A stretch of 64,000 bases of DNA from Octopus vulgaris. Its lineage: Eukaryota. Shown here in pieces: positions 1-12,529 of the stretch. The position numbers and the translations under genes are program-made. Position 1 is the first letter of the stretch. Every line of letters starts with the position of its first letter. The notes below the pieces were generated by a model, which saw only the letters and a program-made list of their open reading frames with translations, searched no databases and was not told where the DNA came from. The stretch is from the NCBI GenBank assembly GCA_951406725.2, contig OX597821.1, positions 12,958,001 to 13,022,000 on the forward strand. The letters run 5' to 3'.

Positions 1-1150
1 AACAAATCTTTATATAAATTCAGAAACAATTGAATTAACAACATAAGAGGAAAATAGTGAAAAGATAACAGAAAAAGTTAGCATTTGATATCCGATAAAA
101 GAAAATATAACTTAACTTTTCGAAAATTGTACCGATATGACGAGGCTATGACTATATATATAAATATATAGATATCCTATATCCAGATGTATTTCGTCTT
201 GCAATGTAAATCAGTCCACATATCTGTATTGGGGGTCGAACTAAACAGATTCATTTGCATTATAATCGCTGAAGTGAAATAGATATACTAGCTAATATAT
301 CTCTTGGCATTTCATGCACAAGTTAGTTCTGAATTCTGCGACATTTCTTCTTAAAATTATAATTCTACGCGAACAACATCGCTTTGATGAAGATTTGGTA
401 TATCTGCATGCAAAACTATGGTTTTCTAAACAGACAAAAATAAATCCGTTAGATCCATTCTTGTGTCACCGATGGATGGAAATGAAATCAACACTGAATT
501 TGCTACAGCGGTGTGTGTGCAAGTGCATGTGAATAGAGTAGAGATAAATGGAGAGTGGGAGAGAAAGAGAAAGAGAGGAAAAGAGAGAGGGGAAGACAGA
601 CGGACGGACAGACAGAGGGGGAGGGAGAGATCAGGGTATGAGAAAGTAAGAGAGATTGATTCTATGTTCAGAAGAAAGCGATGGATACGGAGAGCGAGTT
701 GCCAGTGATTGACATAGATAGATAGAGAGTCTGAGGAATAGACAGGAAGAAAACGAGACAGATATAGAAATGTCTTATGCAATAATAATATATATTGATT
801 TTCAATTTAACACATAGAAAAATATTTAAAACAATATCTTTAGAATTGCTCATATTTGCAGACACTAAATATATGTTTCTACAGGATTGAAGATTCATTT
901 GGTGTTTTCGCTGACGTCTTGCAATCTCGCTGCCTCATAAATTATTTGATACGTAAATTGATAAAATGAACTTGATGAAAATGAAATAGAATAAATAAAA
1001 TAAACAACAAACTACACAGCGCAAAAGAATTTTTAAATATCAAAAATAAAAGCATAAATATACGCCGTGAGGGTGTGAAGTTAATTTCAACACAGTAAAG
1101 ATTATATTTTATACTTACATACATGTGTGTGTGGGTGTATGGGTAGATTG

Positions 1151-1183
<33 letters not shown>

Positions 1184-1197
1184 CACCGATATTTATT

Positions 1198-1237
<40 letters not shown>

Positions 1238-1422
1238 TTATACATACTTGCACAAACACACACATACATGGAAGTAGACATATATATCGCACGTAAATAC
1301 ATATTTAATCAAAGGCATCACTGCAAATATCAATATTTAAACACGCATCATGCATATAGGTAATGCGGAATGATATACCCACATGTATACATTGTTGCAT
1401 AGATACTGATATTGGAATAGGA

Positions 1423-1493
<71 letters not shown>

Positions 1494-2049
1494 CATACAT
1501 GCACATGTTAACTGACTTTATGTACGTATATGTTTATATATGTATATTCGAAAAATGTGTGTATTTATTAACAAAATAATTTTTAATGTCATACTATATC
1601 GTATCATATTAACCGTTTCTATTAATGTATTTGCTTATTAAATGGATATGAATGAAACCGAACCAATGTATATTTACTGTTAAAACACAGGATCCATCAA
1701 CTCAAAACATCCAAGGACGAAGCATAGAGCAGATCTCTTGACGTGCTAGAAATAGCAACCAAATCTTCCTTAGATGTATTCCTACTGTCCTTTAAAAAAA
1801 GAAATATACACACAGAGAAGCTAACATAGTCTTCCTACATACTCTGAGTTTCAATAAAAGAAGGCAAGATTTCTCTCGAATGCTTTTGATTTAAGGTTTG
1901 TGAATCAGGTACGACCGAGGACTAAATAACAAAAGAAACATCAACAACAACTCTAAATATATTTTCGTTTTCTTTCTGGGAGACTTCAGTAGACATCTGG
2001 TACTTATTTTTTCAACCTCGAAAGTGACCTACATAAAACTCCAGCTCAA

Positions 2050-3235
2050 ACATCATCTTTCTCGGCGGTAACTCGTACCCGAGTAGTAGATATGAAACCA
2101 CTGATTAAATACCTTCATGTTGATGCACGCAAAGTTTGCCGCTGCCGCAGGTATCACTTCAGGCCAAGGATGGTATAGAAGAGTCAGACACATTTATTCC
2201 AGGAGAGAGTTTCTGGGGGACGAGGAAATGCGAGCCACAATTTGCGTCTTTGATGCCTGATCTCTGCCGCTCGATGTCTGTTATTTTCAAGCCTCTTCTC
2301 TCGAAGATGATATGCCGCCATTTTTGGCTGTTCTTGGCAATTGTCTCCCAGATATTTGGCTGAATGGACAGCGGAAGAGAGTGGACTTGAGCTGTTCTCG
2401 AAAAAGGAATTTGGGGTTCCACGTGGTCTGTTGCCAGAGACCACAACCGCAATGGGAAGTAGAGGGGAGAGGCGCGTTTGAAGCATGCATATGAAGAGGT
2501 CCCTACCAGCGGAGGTAATGTCGCTCCAAGGTGACTTTAATGCTGGGCAATCCAATTCGGAGCAAGACTTTTTCATTGCTTGTGTAGTTCCTCCATCGAA
2601 TCCTCATGATTGAGCGTAAGTTTTGGGATATTATTCAAGTTCGATATTCTCCAAGTCACGTCGATATAATCCCGCGTCTCACAGCTGTAGAGGGGAGTGG
2701 AAAGGACGACGGCTCGAAATACCATGAATTTCGTTTAGATGGTCAGGTCGTGGTTCAAGAACACTCTCCCGAAAACATTATGGGCTGCGCTGGTCTTATT
2801 TTCGGTACCTTGTAGCTTCCGTAGTGTGGGAAAGCCTTCGCAGTTTCCAGGATAGTGCCCCGTAGCCTTATGTCACTGGTGTTAAGGTGAGATTGAATGG
2901 GGCTCCCTGTGAAGGAATCTTTGTTTCCATTACGTTTGTGGCCAGACCAAAGCGGGTTTACAAATTTTCGAAGATGTTCACAGCTTCCTGAAAACCAGAA
3001 ACCGTGTGCGCGACACTGGTATTGTCATCAGGGTACTGCAGATCATGCACTAAGACCTGCATGTGGGTCACCTGAAACGCTATGGTTGTCTCGACCGCTT
3101 TACGAAAGGACCTACACAATAGAATGTCTGAGCGGTTCATCACCTACAACTTCCTCTCCAATTTCTTACCAATGACGACTGTCCTGAAGCAAAGATGCAT
3201 CCTTGCTCCCACTTTGTTTTCCCTCTACGTGCCAT
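2050..3235 (-). mobile_element. Degenerate 5'-truncated RTE-clade LINE (RT C-terminal half to end of ORF)
   Basis: Minus-strand translation across frameshifts gives a GVxQGC-like motif (~3200), VHDLQYPDD (degenerate YADD), TKFMVFRAVVLSTPLYSCET, MRIRWRNYTSNEKVL..GLPSI, GNRPRG.P, WETIAKN...WR and a terminal KC.RL..ILGL; these are typical RTE motifs. Confidence 0.85.
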
Positions 3236-3744
3236 GAGTCCGTCTTTGAATTCTTGCTCTTCCGCTAGCTTGCTCATTAATTCTCCCAATAGTTAATATC
3301 TTTCACTCAGAGATGACTGCCTGACTAAGCAGTGATGTTAGTGTATTTGATGGATTACTCTATGGTGTGTTTTGAGTCCCAATCCTCTTCAGGTCCCATT
3401 TACATTTCATCGTTCTGAGTTCATTTTAAAAATGTCTACCAATCCAGGGTGGTGAATTGTGGGAATCGTTAGAAATTCGTTAGATACATTGCGTTAATGG
3501 TTCCCGCTTTTTGCTTTTGTAATTAATATCCTGTCCATCCTTGGATGGTCTGATTGGTTGATAACTTTGTCGTTGCGAATTTGAATACAACAAATACGAA
3601 GCAGAGTGTATATATAACCATCATTTAGGACATACACAGGATATTAGATACTATATTCCCTTCTGATTAAAGGATAAAAAGCGACATTGTTTGTATTTAT
3701 GGCTTTTATTGAGAACATTATCTGTCAAGGTCTATAGCAATAAT

Positions 3745-3960
3745 CACTTCTGATATAAGGAGAAGGCCTGAAATTTTCCGGAGGAGGCTAGTTGATTACA
3801 TCGACCCCAGTACATGACTGGTACTTATTTTCTTGACCCCCCGAAAGGATAAAAGGCAAAGTCGACCGCGGGGAAAGTTGAACTCAGAAGGTAAAGAGCC
3901 AGCAGAGATGCCCTTAACTATCTAGTCCATTGTACAAACCATTCTGTCAATTGGCTGGCT
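3745..3960 (-). mobile_element. tRNA-derived SINE family M (central GTCGACTTTGCCTTTCATCCTTTCGGGGTCGATAAA domain), diverged copy
   Basis: Reverse complement aligns to the intact copy at 33281-33513. Confidence 0.8.
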
Positions 3961-5253
3961 TTTTTATTGCAATTATAAAATAGAAGTACTACAGAGTGAC
4001 CCCCGAAACAAAACAACAACAACAGTAAAGATTATTAGTCTTTTTTACTCTATACAACGTCGTTTTATATATTTTAGAGGAGAATACGCAGATACGTGAG
4101 CTGTAGAGTCCTTCATCCATTTCTCTGGTGGCTTTTTGCGCCTTGAAGCTAAACAACAGTCCTCAAAAACAAAATATCCTTTCATATACCACTCCAGAAA
4201 CAAAGACATCATTTCACTTCTAGATTACGCTTAATTCCTGTGAACAGAGGCGTAAAAGAAACAAAAGCGCATGATTGTCTCTATATCACATGTACCGTTA
4301 AGTAAAATATATAATCGACATGCGTAGTCTACAGAAGCTAATATTTTGCTTAGATGATATCGGGTGGTTCGCTGTATTTCGGAATCAGCTTCGATTGTTA
4401 TTGTAAGAAAAAGACCTTCACAGAAATCAATAATAAGCAGCCTTATAATCAAAAACATTCCATCTACTGCAGCCTAATCTTTTTAGTCTTCTGGCTTCCT
4501 GAAGAGTGCTCATCAAGGAAATTTAGCCGCTATTTCTAGGAGCTTTAATGACCATAAATGAGAGGTTCAGTCAATGTAAGCTGGTACTTAATTGCTGCTG
4601 TTTTGATCCTGATTGAACAAAATTACCAACCAAACGAGTTCTTGCCATGACCATCGCATCTAATATATCTAGAACCATAAACACCATATCTTCTTCTTTT
4701 CTTAATACGTTAAAGGTTGCTATTTCTTACAAATCAAATAGAGGTTACATGCCGTAAGTTTTATATAATCGTATCGATTCATTTAGAATTTATGCGCATT
4801 TATATATTAGTATGTATCTCTGTGTGTATATAGGTTGGTGGCTAGAGAGAGCATTTGCTATATCCTGATAATTACAGTATTATAAAGATATATTTAATTT
4901 TATATCAAAGTATAAACGACAGCAATTGGACGATGAACTCAAATCCGTGCATCAGCTTTAAATCGTATCCATTTATACATCTTTGATTTGAATTATGCCT
5001 ATTAACGTGAATGTAGAATTCATAGAAATAATTATGTTTGTATAAATATGAGTTCCTGTATGAGGTTTATATGCAAGCTGGTTTGTATAAGCGTGTGCTA
5101 GACTGTGCGAGTATGTGTTTGTTTTAATTTATAGTTATTTCCATTATGCCAGTACGTCAATAGCATTCAACATCCATTAAAAGAGATTATTTAGCTCAGT
5201 ATTCTATGGGTTAATTAGCAGGCTATCCGTTTTATTTACGTACCTATCCACCT

Positions 5254-5374
5254 ATCCACCTACCTACCTACCTACCTACCTACCTACCTACCTACCTACC
5301 TACCTACCTACCTACCTACCTACCTATCTACCTACCTACCTACCTACCTACCTACCTAACTACCTACCTACCTA
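5254..5374. repeat. (CCTA)n microsatellite
   Basis: Direct inspection. Confidence 0.95.
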
Positions 5375-5689
5375 ACTCTCTATTTCTTTATCTGTCCGTC
5401 TGCCTACAGATAAATATGTCAATCTATCAATATATGTGTGCGTGTATGTGTGTTTGTGTGAGTGTTTATCTATCTATCCCTCGTTCACACTCGCTCAACT
5501 CCCTTGCTTTAGGTATTTTACTGTTTATTAACTGGATCTACAACGTATATTAGCATAAAACTCTGAAACATTCAGGGAAACCCAAGTTAATTTTGGACGT
5601 TGGTCTTACTCATAATGTGTTGCATATGTACAGTATAGTACAAAAGAGGTAATTGATGCTAGAGCAGTGTCAACTAGATATTAAAACTA

Positions 5690-6010
5690 ATGTATATTGT
5701 GAAATATACCATAGTCTACCATGTGCACGAGTTTCATTAACATTGAAATAGTTATCCTTTACATTGGGATAGTGAAAATCCGTTTCTTCGAGAAAGAGGC
5801 GGAGAAAAACATCTTCCACGACTCGGATTCAGCATATCCTCAGGCCTTGAAGCACAATGTGACCTTTAATGAGTTCAACCGCCTCATAAGCAGATGCGAC
5901 GCAGTTGAAATAAAGGATCATATAAGGACGGATTTCATTAAGATGTTGTACCTTCGAGGATACAGATCCAGGTACATAGAGAAAGTGTATAACACTTTAA
6001 ATACACGAGC
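5690..6010 (+). mobile_element. Penelope-like element fragment (post-RT thumb/helical region)
   Basis: ORF 5721-6218 contains FFEKEAEKNIFHDSDSAYPQALKHNV..NEFNRLISRC....FIKMLYLRGY, matching the PLE pattern YxKxxx...SxHP..K..I...R..R.CS...L...GY. The rest of the ORF is (CAA)n-derived. Confidence 0.7.
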
Positions 6011-6357
6011 ACGAAGACATCACGACCAGACCATCAACGGCAACAACAACCTCAGAGCCAGTGACGTCCGGCCAACCGGTGATGATATTGGTGACAGTGA
6101 CCCAATAACAATGATGCTCACAACACCAGCAACAACAACATCGACAGAAGTTATTCCAGCATCCACGATAAAAGTGGTTACGGTTATAACAACACTACAG
6201 CAGCAACAACAACAATAAGAAAAGCAGTAACAACAACAACTGCAGTGACCACAACAAGAACAACAACAACCAAAATAACAACAACATCAACAACGACAGT
6301 AGCAGTCACAGCGACAGCAGCGCCATCAACAAAGTAACATTAACAACGATGGAAAGG

Positions 6358-6400
<43 letters not shown>

Positions 6401-6798
6401 AAAAAGAAAGAAAAAAAGAAAGAAAGAAAGAAGAAGGAAAGAAAGAAGGGAGAAAAGGAGAAATAATGAGTGGATATACGTCAAGCTTCTATGCTATGGA
6501 GAGAGAATAGAAAACAAGATGAAGAACAGTATCAAAAGAGCTGCTCTCCCTGTCAGAATGATAGGATGAGGCTCTGCCCTTACACTCTGCCTCTCTCACT
6601 CAACACACTAAACATGCTATTTAATCAATGCCCAATCAAAGCAAGACAGCGGACGTACATCGTCCAGTATTTATGTCTTAAATCTGGCATGGTGTGCGAA
6701 ACATATATTTGCGGCGAAACATATAACGGATCTACAAAGACGACTTCATGTGAGAATGAAGGAACATATCCACAAGGATATGTCTGTCTGTCTGTTTG

Positions 6799-6880
<82 letters not shown>

Positions 6881-6889
6881 CATCTATCT

Positions 6890-7331
6890 TCTAGTGAATG
6901 TTTTAAAAAAAGATGGGTGAATGTAGCAAGGATGGCACGTATGAATGACGAAGCCACATTGACTATGATCCTATGAACCGTAAAAATTAATACAGAGAGT
7001 TGCTTATTTGTAAAAAAATATAACATGTGACTTCATTGACCGAGGTTACCGTGGTCTTTTCCGTAGGCTTTTCTTTCCATGGGTAAACCTCACCTATCCT
7101 CCCTTTTACACTTTATATTGACATTTCTGTGATAACAATCTCTATTCATCGATTTTTGCTTTTTCCTTTTATTTTTATCCCCCATCCCATTTTTTTTGCT
7201 TTCCTCTTTCTTTCCTTTTACGATCCCTTTTGATCGAAAACCAAAACCTCATCTTTTTATCCCCAAAAAGGAAAGCTCTACCTTGTAATTTGTCCTGTCT
7301 GTGTGCAGCCCTGTGTGGCTAATAAAAAAAC
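6890..7331 (+). mobile_element. Tx1/L1-like LINE 3' end, copy 1, embedded in (TATC)n
   Basis: ORF end SECFKKRWVNVARMARMNDEATLTMIL*, then a T-rich 3' UTR ending GCCCTGTGTGGCTAATAAAAAAAC; homologous to 7910-8380 and 9060-9330. Clade assignment is inferred. Confidence 0.65.
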
Positions 7332-7359
7332 ATATCTATCTATCTATCTATTTATCTAT

Positions 7360-8380
7360 CGCATCAGTCACCTACTACCGTCTGACCGGTATACCTTGTC
7401 CCTATCCTACCATTACCAAAACGGGAACGCATACTCTTCTGCTTTTTGTGGAAGGGATACGTTCCGATGGTCAGGCGATCCATTTGCTGTCAACATCTGC
7501 TAAATGGAGGGCTGGCTATGCCGTGATTAAGGATGCTGAGACATGTGCTGAGACTGCGATATTGTCAGGTGTGGTCGCCATTTGTGAGACGCGCCTTCCC
7601 GCAGCTCGTCTCTTTGACCGAACTGCGATCATGGATCAAACAGAGACCGTGGCCGGGCGAATGGCACTGCAAGTGTCCAGATACTCTGAAGCAGCTTTGC
7701 CGTCTGACTTCAGACTTGTGTAACTACAAATTCACCAAGAAAGGTGTTCTATAGAGGACTAGTCGATGGGAGGTCCGATGACGTTCATAGAGAGAATCTG
7801 GGCGTCGACAGGAAATTTCCCCGCCACCTTCCTTTAACTGGAAAGGCGATGCAGTTTTCGTCGTATTGGTGGGTATGGCGAAAGAATGCGTGTGCTGAAC
7901 TCGTTTGAAATGTTTAGAGACAAATACTTTCCTCTCTGGTCAATCTCTCAACTTTTCTGAGTATCACTTGAAAGGAAGTTTTGTCTAATGAAAGCTTTAA
8001 TAAAACGTCGGTGAACGTAGCGAAAATGGTACGCATGAATGACGGAGCTACTTTGAACATTAACCAGTAAAACAAACAAATAGAGAGAGGGCACTTTGCT
8101 CTCATAGATTCTTCCTTTAACCGTCGTTTTCGAGCTTATTTTTCGTAGGCTTTTCTTTCCACGGATAACTCTAGTCAGTTTTATATCTTCTCCCTTTTCA
8201 GTGAATTCAAATTCTTAAAAGAACGTCACCTTTTTATCTCTTTCTGTACACGCCCACAAGAACGTTCGTTTTTTTTTTTTTCGATCCCTTTTGATCGATT
8301 TCAAAAAGAAAAATTCTACATTGTATTGCCCCTTCTGTGTGGCTAAATTAAGCCATGTGTGGCTAAATAATGAAATATAT
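7360..8380 (+). mobile_element. Tx1/L1-like LINE, internally deleted copy 2 (post-RT coding fragment plus 3' UTR)
   Basis: GC-richer coding relic (GG.GMP-like motif followed by RHVLRLR..VWSPFVRRAFPQL), then the same terminal peptide (SVNVAKMVRMNDGATL) and 3' UTR as copy 1. Confidence 0.65.
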
Positions 8381-9059
8381 CTTTAAACTTTTCCACTTTA
8401 AAACTTTATTGCTTCATGTCCCTAAAGCCTTCAAAATTTTTCGAAATTCTTTAAGAATTCTCTGAGAATTTTTGCTATTTTATGCATTGTTCCAGAAATC
8501 TTTTCCACGAGGGTATTTTGAAGTTTGTGTAGCGTATTAAAATCTTACCCTTTCATACCTTTTAATCACTTCAATTTTTCAATTGTTTCTATTTTTTTCT
8601 GTTCATTTTCTACTTTTTAAAAAATGTTCATGTTCGCTTGTCTGGGTTTTAATGTTTGAACTTCTCTTAACTTCTCTTAACTTAACTTACACTGATTTAT
8701 TCAGTTACAGTATCTTACCATCCCCCTTTATCTTCCTTACTTCTCCTACTATCGGCGTTACTCTGTTGTCTTTCTATACTATATTTATATAAACAGTTTC
8801 ATTCAGCGTTTAACAATATAAGTTTCCAGGGTGTGAATCCATACGACATATGCATTGGAATAAGTGTGATAAAGAGATGTGATTCCGCATTATCATCACA
8901 TGTTGCTACGGATATTCTATACTAGAAACTAAAGTTAGTAAGGCGAGTCCTCGACTGCTTTCCCTTAACTGTTGTAATTTTTATCATTAACTAAAATAAG
9001 AGTATTCACTATATCTTTATTATCCAATAATTGTTGTGATGTGTATATAGTAAGGTTTA

Positions 9060-9330
9060 CATTAGGGACAAATAATTTCCTCTCTGGCCAATCTCTCAAC
9101 TTTTTCGAGTATCACTTGAAGGGAGGTTTTCTCTAATGAAAAATTTAATAAAAGGTCGGTGAATGTAGCAAAAATGGTACGCATGAATGACGAAGCTACT
9201 TTGAGCATTAACCTGTAAAACAAACGGGGAGAGGGCACTTTGCTCTCATAGATTTTTTCCTTTAGCCCAGGTTTCCAAGGTTATTTTTCGTAGGCTTTTC
9301 TTTCCACGGATAATTCTAGTCAGTGTTATT
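9060..9330 (+). mobile_element. Tx1/L1-like LINE 3' fragment, copy 3
   Basis: Closely similar to 7913-8185. Confidence 0.7.
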
Positions 9331-9444
9331 AAGATGTTAAGGCGATCCCTCGACTGTTTTCCCGTGTTTATCAAAGCTTAACTGTTGTGATCGTTATCAT
9401 TAACTAAAATAAGTGTATTCACTATATCTTTATTATCCAATAAT

Positions 9445-9680
9445 TTACATTATTTACATTTGACGAATATTTGTCCTCATTTTGTTTGTCGTTAACACAA
9501 TGTTTCGGCTGATATACCCTCCAGCCTTCTTCAGGTGTCTTCGGGAAATTTCGAACCTGAGTTCTCATTCCTAAGGTATGAGAACCAACAAACAAGATGA
9601 GGACAAATATCCGTCCAATATAAATACTTTAAATAATGTAAATAACGTACGTAATTCTTCATCTCTTAAATATAGACCTG
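9445..9680 (-). mobile_element. Penelope-like pLTR/retrozyme-like insertion with inverted segment
   Basis: Imperfect 14-bp TSD TATTATCCAATAAT (9431-9444) / TATTATGTAATAAT (9681-9694); the uninterrupted site is present in the local duplicate at 8940-9060; inverted arms 9445-9492 and 9583-9645; contains a hammerhead motif. Confidence 0.75.
9494..9539 (-). ncRNA. Minimal type I hammerhead ribozyme motif
   Basis: Minus strand GACAC-CTGAAGA-A-GGCTG(gagggtatat)CAGCC-GAAAC-ATT-GTGTT: core CUGANGA/GAAA, 5-bp stem II, stem I GACAC/GTGTT. Stem III is minimal and imperfect in this copy. Confidence 0.6.
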
Positions 9681-10219
9681 TATTATGTAATAATTGTTGT
9701 GATGTGTATATAGTAAGGTTTATATTACATTGAATACAACAAATACTTTGTGCATAGCAGTCATTTCGAAACTAAGAAACGCTGTGAAATAATGAATTCT
9801 GAGTTGTACTCATGAGAGAAACCATAGGTATTTATAAACAAATTTTAGAATAATGCGTTTTAGAATAATGCGCGCCTCTCTGTGTGTATCAATGTGCGTG
9901 TATGTGTGCGTTTGGATGCTGTTATGTGAAGACAGCGAAGGACATCTGGGAGTACAGAGGTAGAGACAAAGTGAAAATAGACAGAACGTAATTCAATCAG
10001 AAATAATAGTGAAGGGACTTCAGACATGATCACCAAAAATCGGAACAGTTACGGCGCGGTTATCACAGTTATAAAGAGACATACACATACGCGCATAAAA
10101 TATACATACATGTATAGATGTGTGTGTGTATGTGTATGTGTGCGTGTATGTGCATGCGTGCAAAAATGTATATATACTTTGGTCTTCCAGATATTTATGG
10201 ATGTACACATGTGTGTATG

Positions 10220-10266
<47 letters not shown>

Positions 10267-10267
<1 letters not shown>

Positions 10268-10651
10268 TAGCAGTATCGCCCGGCGTTGCTCAGGTTTGTA
10301 AGGGAAATAACTATAAAGCATTTTTAGAGAGTTATAGCCAAAAAATAGCAAAAAAATGGAAAACAAATGATGGTAAATTTTTTTTGAGAGTTAAAAAAGG
10401 TAGAGTTGCGTCCCCTAGACGGTCTGTGGTTTGGGTTTCTAATTCTCGACCCCATGTCGAATTTATCGATTTTTTTCAGAACTGGGGGAACTTTTCAAAA
10501 TTTTCGCTGCGTTAGTTTTGAATTATGACATTGGGCTATGTGTGTGTCAAGTTTCATCAGAATCGGTTGAAAGCCGTGGTCAGGGTGAGGGTACGAGAAA
10601 ACAGACACACAGAAACACGCACAGACAAACTGCCGTTTATATAGAGAGAGA
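10267..10651 (-). mobile_element. Non-autonomous Helitron (variant 5' half)
   Basis: Minus strand runs 5'-TC...CCTGAGCAACGCCGGG hairpin...CTAG-3', inserted between A and T without a TSD; the 3' ~120 bp are shared with the copies at 23475 and 49305. Confidence 0.85.
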
Positions 10652-10700
10652 TATGTACGTATTACATATATGAATGTATGTGAGCAGAGGTATCTATCTA

Positions 10701-10743
<43 letters not shown>

Positions 10744-10882
10744 GTACTTTAGTAATATATATATATATATATATATATGTATTTTAGTAATATATATAAA
10801 CCTATCTATATATTTTAATACCATCCCTATATTTACTTATATATTTATATATATACATATGTATAAATACACACACAAACAC

Positions 10883-10913
<31 letters not shown>

Positions 10914-10921
10914 GACACACA

Positions 10922-10986
<65 letters not shown>

Positions 10987-11416
10987 GTGTGTGTGTGTTA
11001 GTCTTTGAGAAATTTCAACAATTTACGATCCAGACATAAGGAACGCGTGTCGAGAGAATTTTAGACGTTTTCATAGATTGCTGTCTTTCCAGAAATTCAA
11101 GAAGGCACCAAAAATTACCATCAGACAATACATTCAGGTACAACGGAATTATATAAGGTAATAAATGATTCATATAGTCTCACGCGATCATACAATTTCA
11201 TATTTACAGCAGTCTATGTCTCTGTATGTATCTCTGCATGCATGTATGTATGTATGTATGTATTTATGTATATATTTACGTATGTATGTGTGTTTATGTA
11301 TGTATAAACTAAGTAGGAATATATGCACATATATATCAATGTGAATATTTATATGCATATACATACTTTATATATATTTTATATATGTATATACATATGT
11401 ATTTATTGATATATAT

Positions 11417-11459
<43 letters not shown>

Positions 11460-11602
11460 CGCATATACATTTATATATATACATATAAATGTTTGTATGT
11501 ATGGTATGTATGTGTGTATATGTATGTATAAAGATATATATATGAATACATATATATATATATATATAAATCAATATGAATATATATATGCATATATATG
11601 TG

Positions 11603-11677
<75 letters not shown>

Positions 11678-12145
11678 AGAGAGAGAGAGAGATTTATGCA
11701 CACACATATACATACATATATGTTTGTGTGTATGTGTGCATGTGGAAATTTAGTGGTTACGCATACACATACAAACACATATGAGTTACATATACATATA
11801 TATATATATATATATGCATGAAAATTTATTTACATATAAGCAAACATGTGCCGTTATGTGTGTGTGTGTATGTATTTTAATATCAACGTCATATGATAAG
11901 AAATTTGAGTATTTTTTGTGAATAATTTTGGTCGTAACCTTTGTATTTTGAAAAACAATATTTTCTGATATATGCTTATTTTTATCTCACTCTTTCCTTT
12001 TTCTATTCCCTCACAGAAATATTCTAAATGTCACTGGTATAGAGATCCAAAGTAGTACTCTCTCCAACTAGATTCCAGATTGCTTTAACAACAACTAGAG
12101 TCTATTTCAGTTAGGTTTTCGAGTCGTTGTCACTTATGTACCGTG

Positions 12146-12529
12146 AGTGAGGCGCAATGGCCCAGTGGTTAGGGCAACAGACTCGCGGTCATAGGATCGC
12201 GGTTTCGATTCCCAGACCGGGCGTTGTGAGTGTTTATTGAGCGAAAACACCTAAAAGCTCCACGAGGCTCCGACAGGGGATGATGGTGATCCCTGCTGTA
12301 CTCTTTCACCACAACTTTCTCTCACTCTTACTTCCTGTTTCTGTTGTACCTGTATTTCAAAGGGCCGGCCTTGTCACTATCTGTGTCACGCTGAATATCC
12401 CCGAGAACTACGTTAAGGGTACACGTGTTTGTGGAGTGCTCAGCCACTTACACGTTAATTTCACGAGCAGGCTGTTCCGTTGATCGGATCAACCGGAACC
12501 CTCGTCGTCGTAACCGACGGAGTGCTTCC
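12146..12529 (+). mobile_element. tRNA-derived SINE family R, body 1 + tail A (full length)
   Basis: A-box TGGCCCAGTGG and B-box GTTTCGATTCC; 15-bp TSD CACTTATGTACCGTG (12131-12145 / 12530-12544). Confidence 0.92.

Noticed and set aside
4490-4530. CTGAAGAG...GAAA hammerhead-like string
   Set aside because: Stem II and stem I pairing could not be formed convincingly.
12146-12220. Possible tRNA gene
   Set aside because: The tRNA-like head continues into a SINE body bounded by TSDs and has no complete acceptor stem.
12280-12483. Recurrent 67-aa ORF (also 17474 and 54545)
   Set aside because: It is internal to SINE copies; the similarity reflects repeat identity, not protein conservation.
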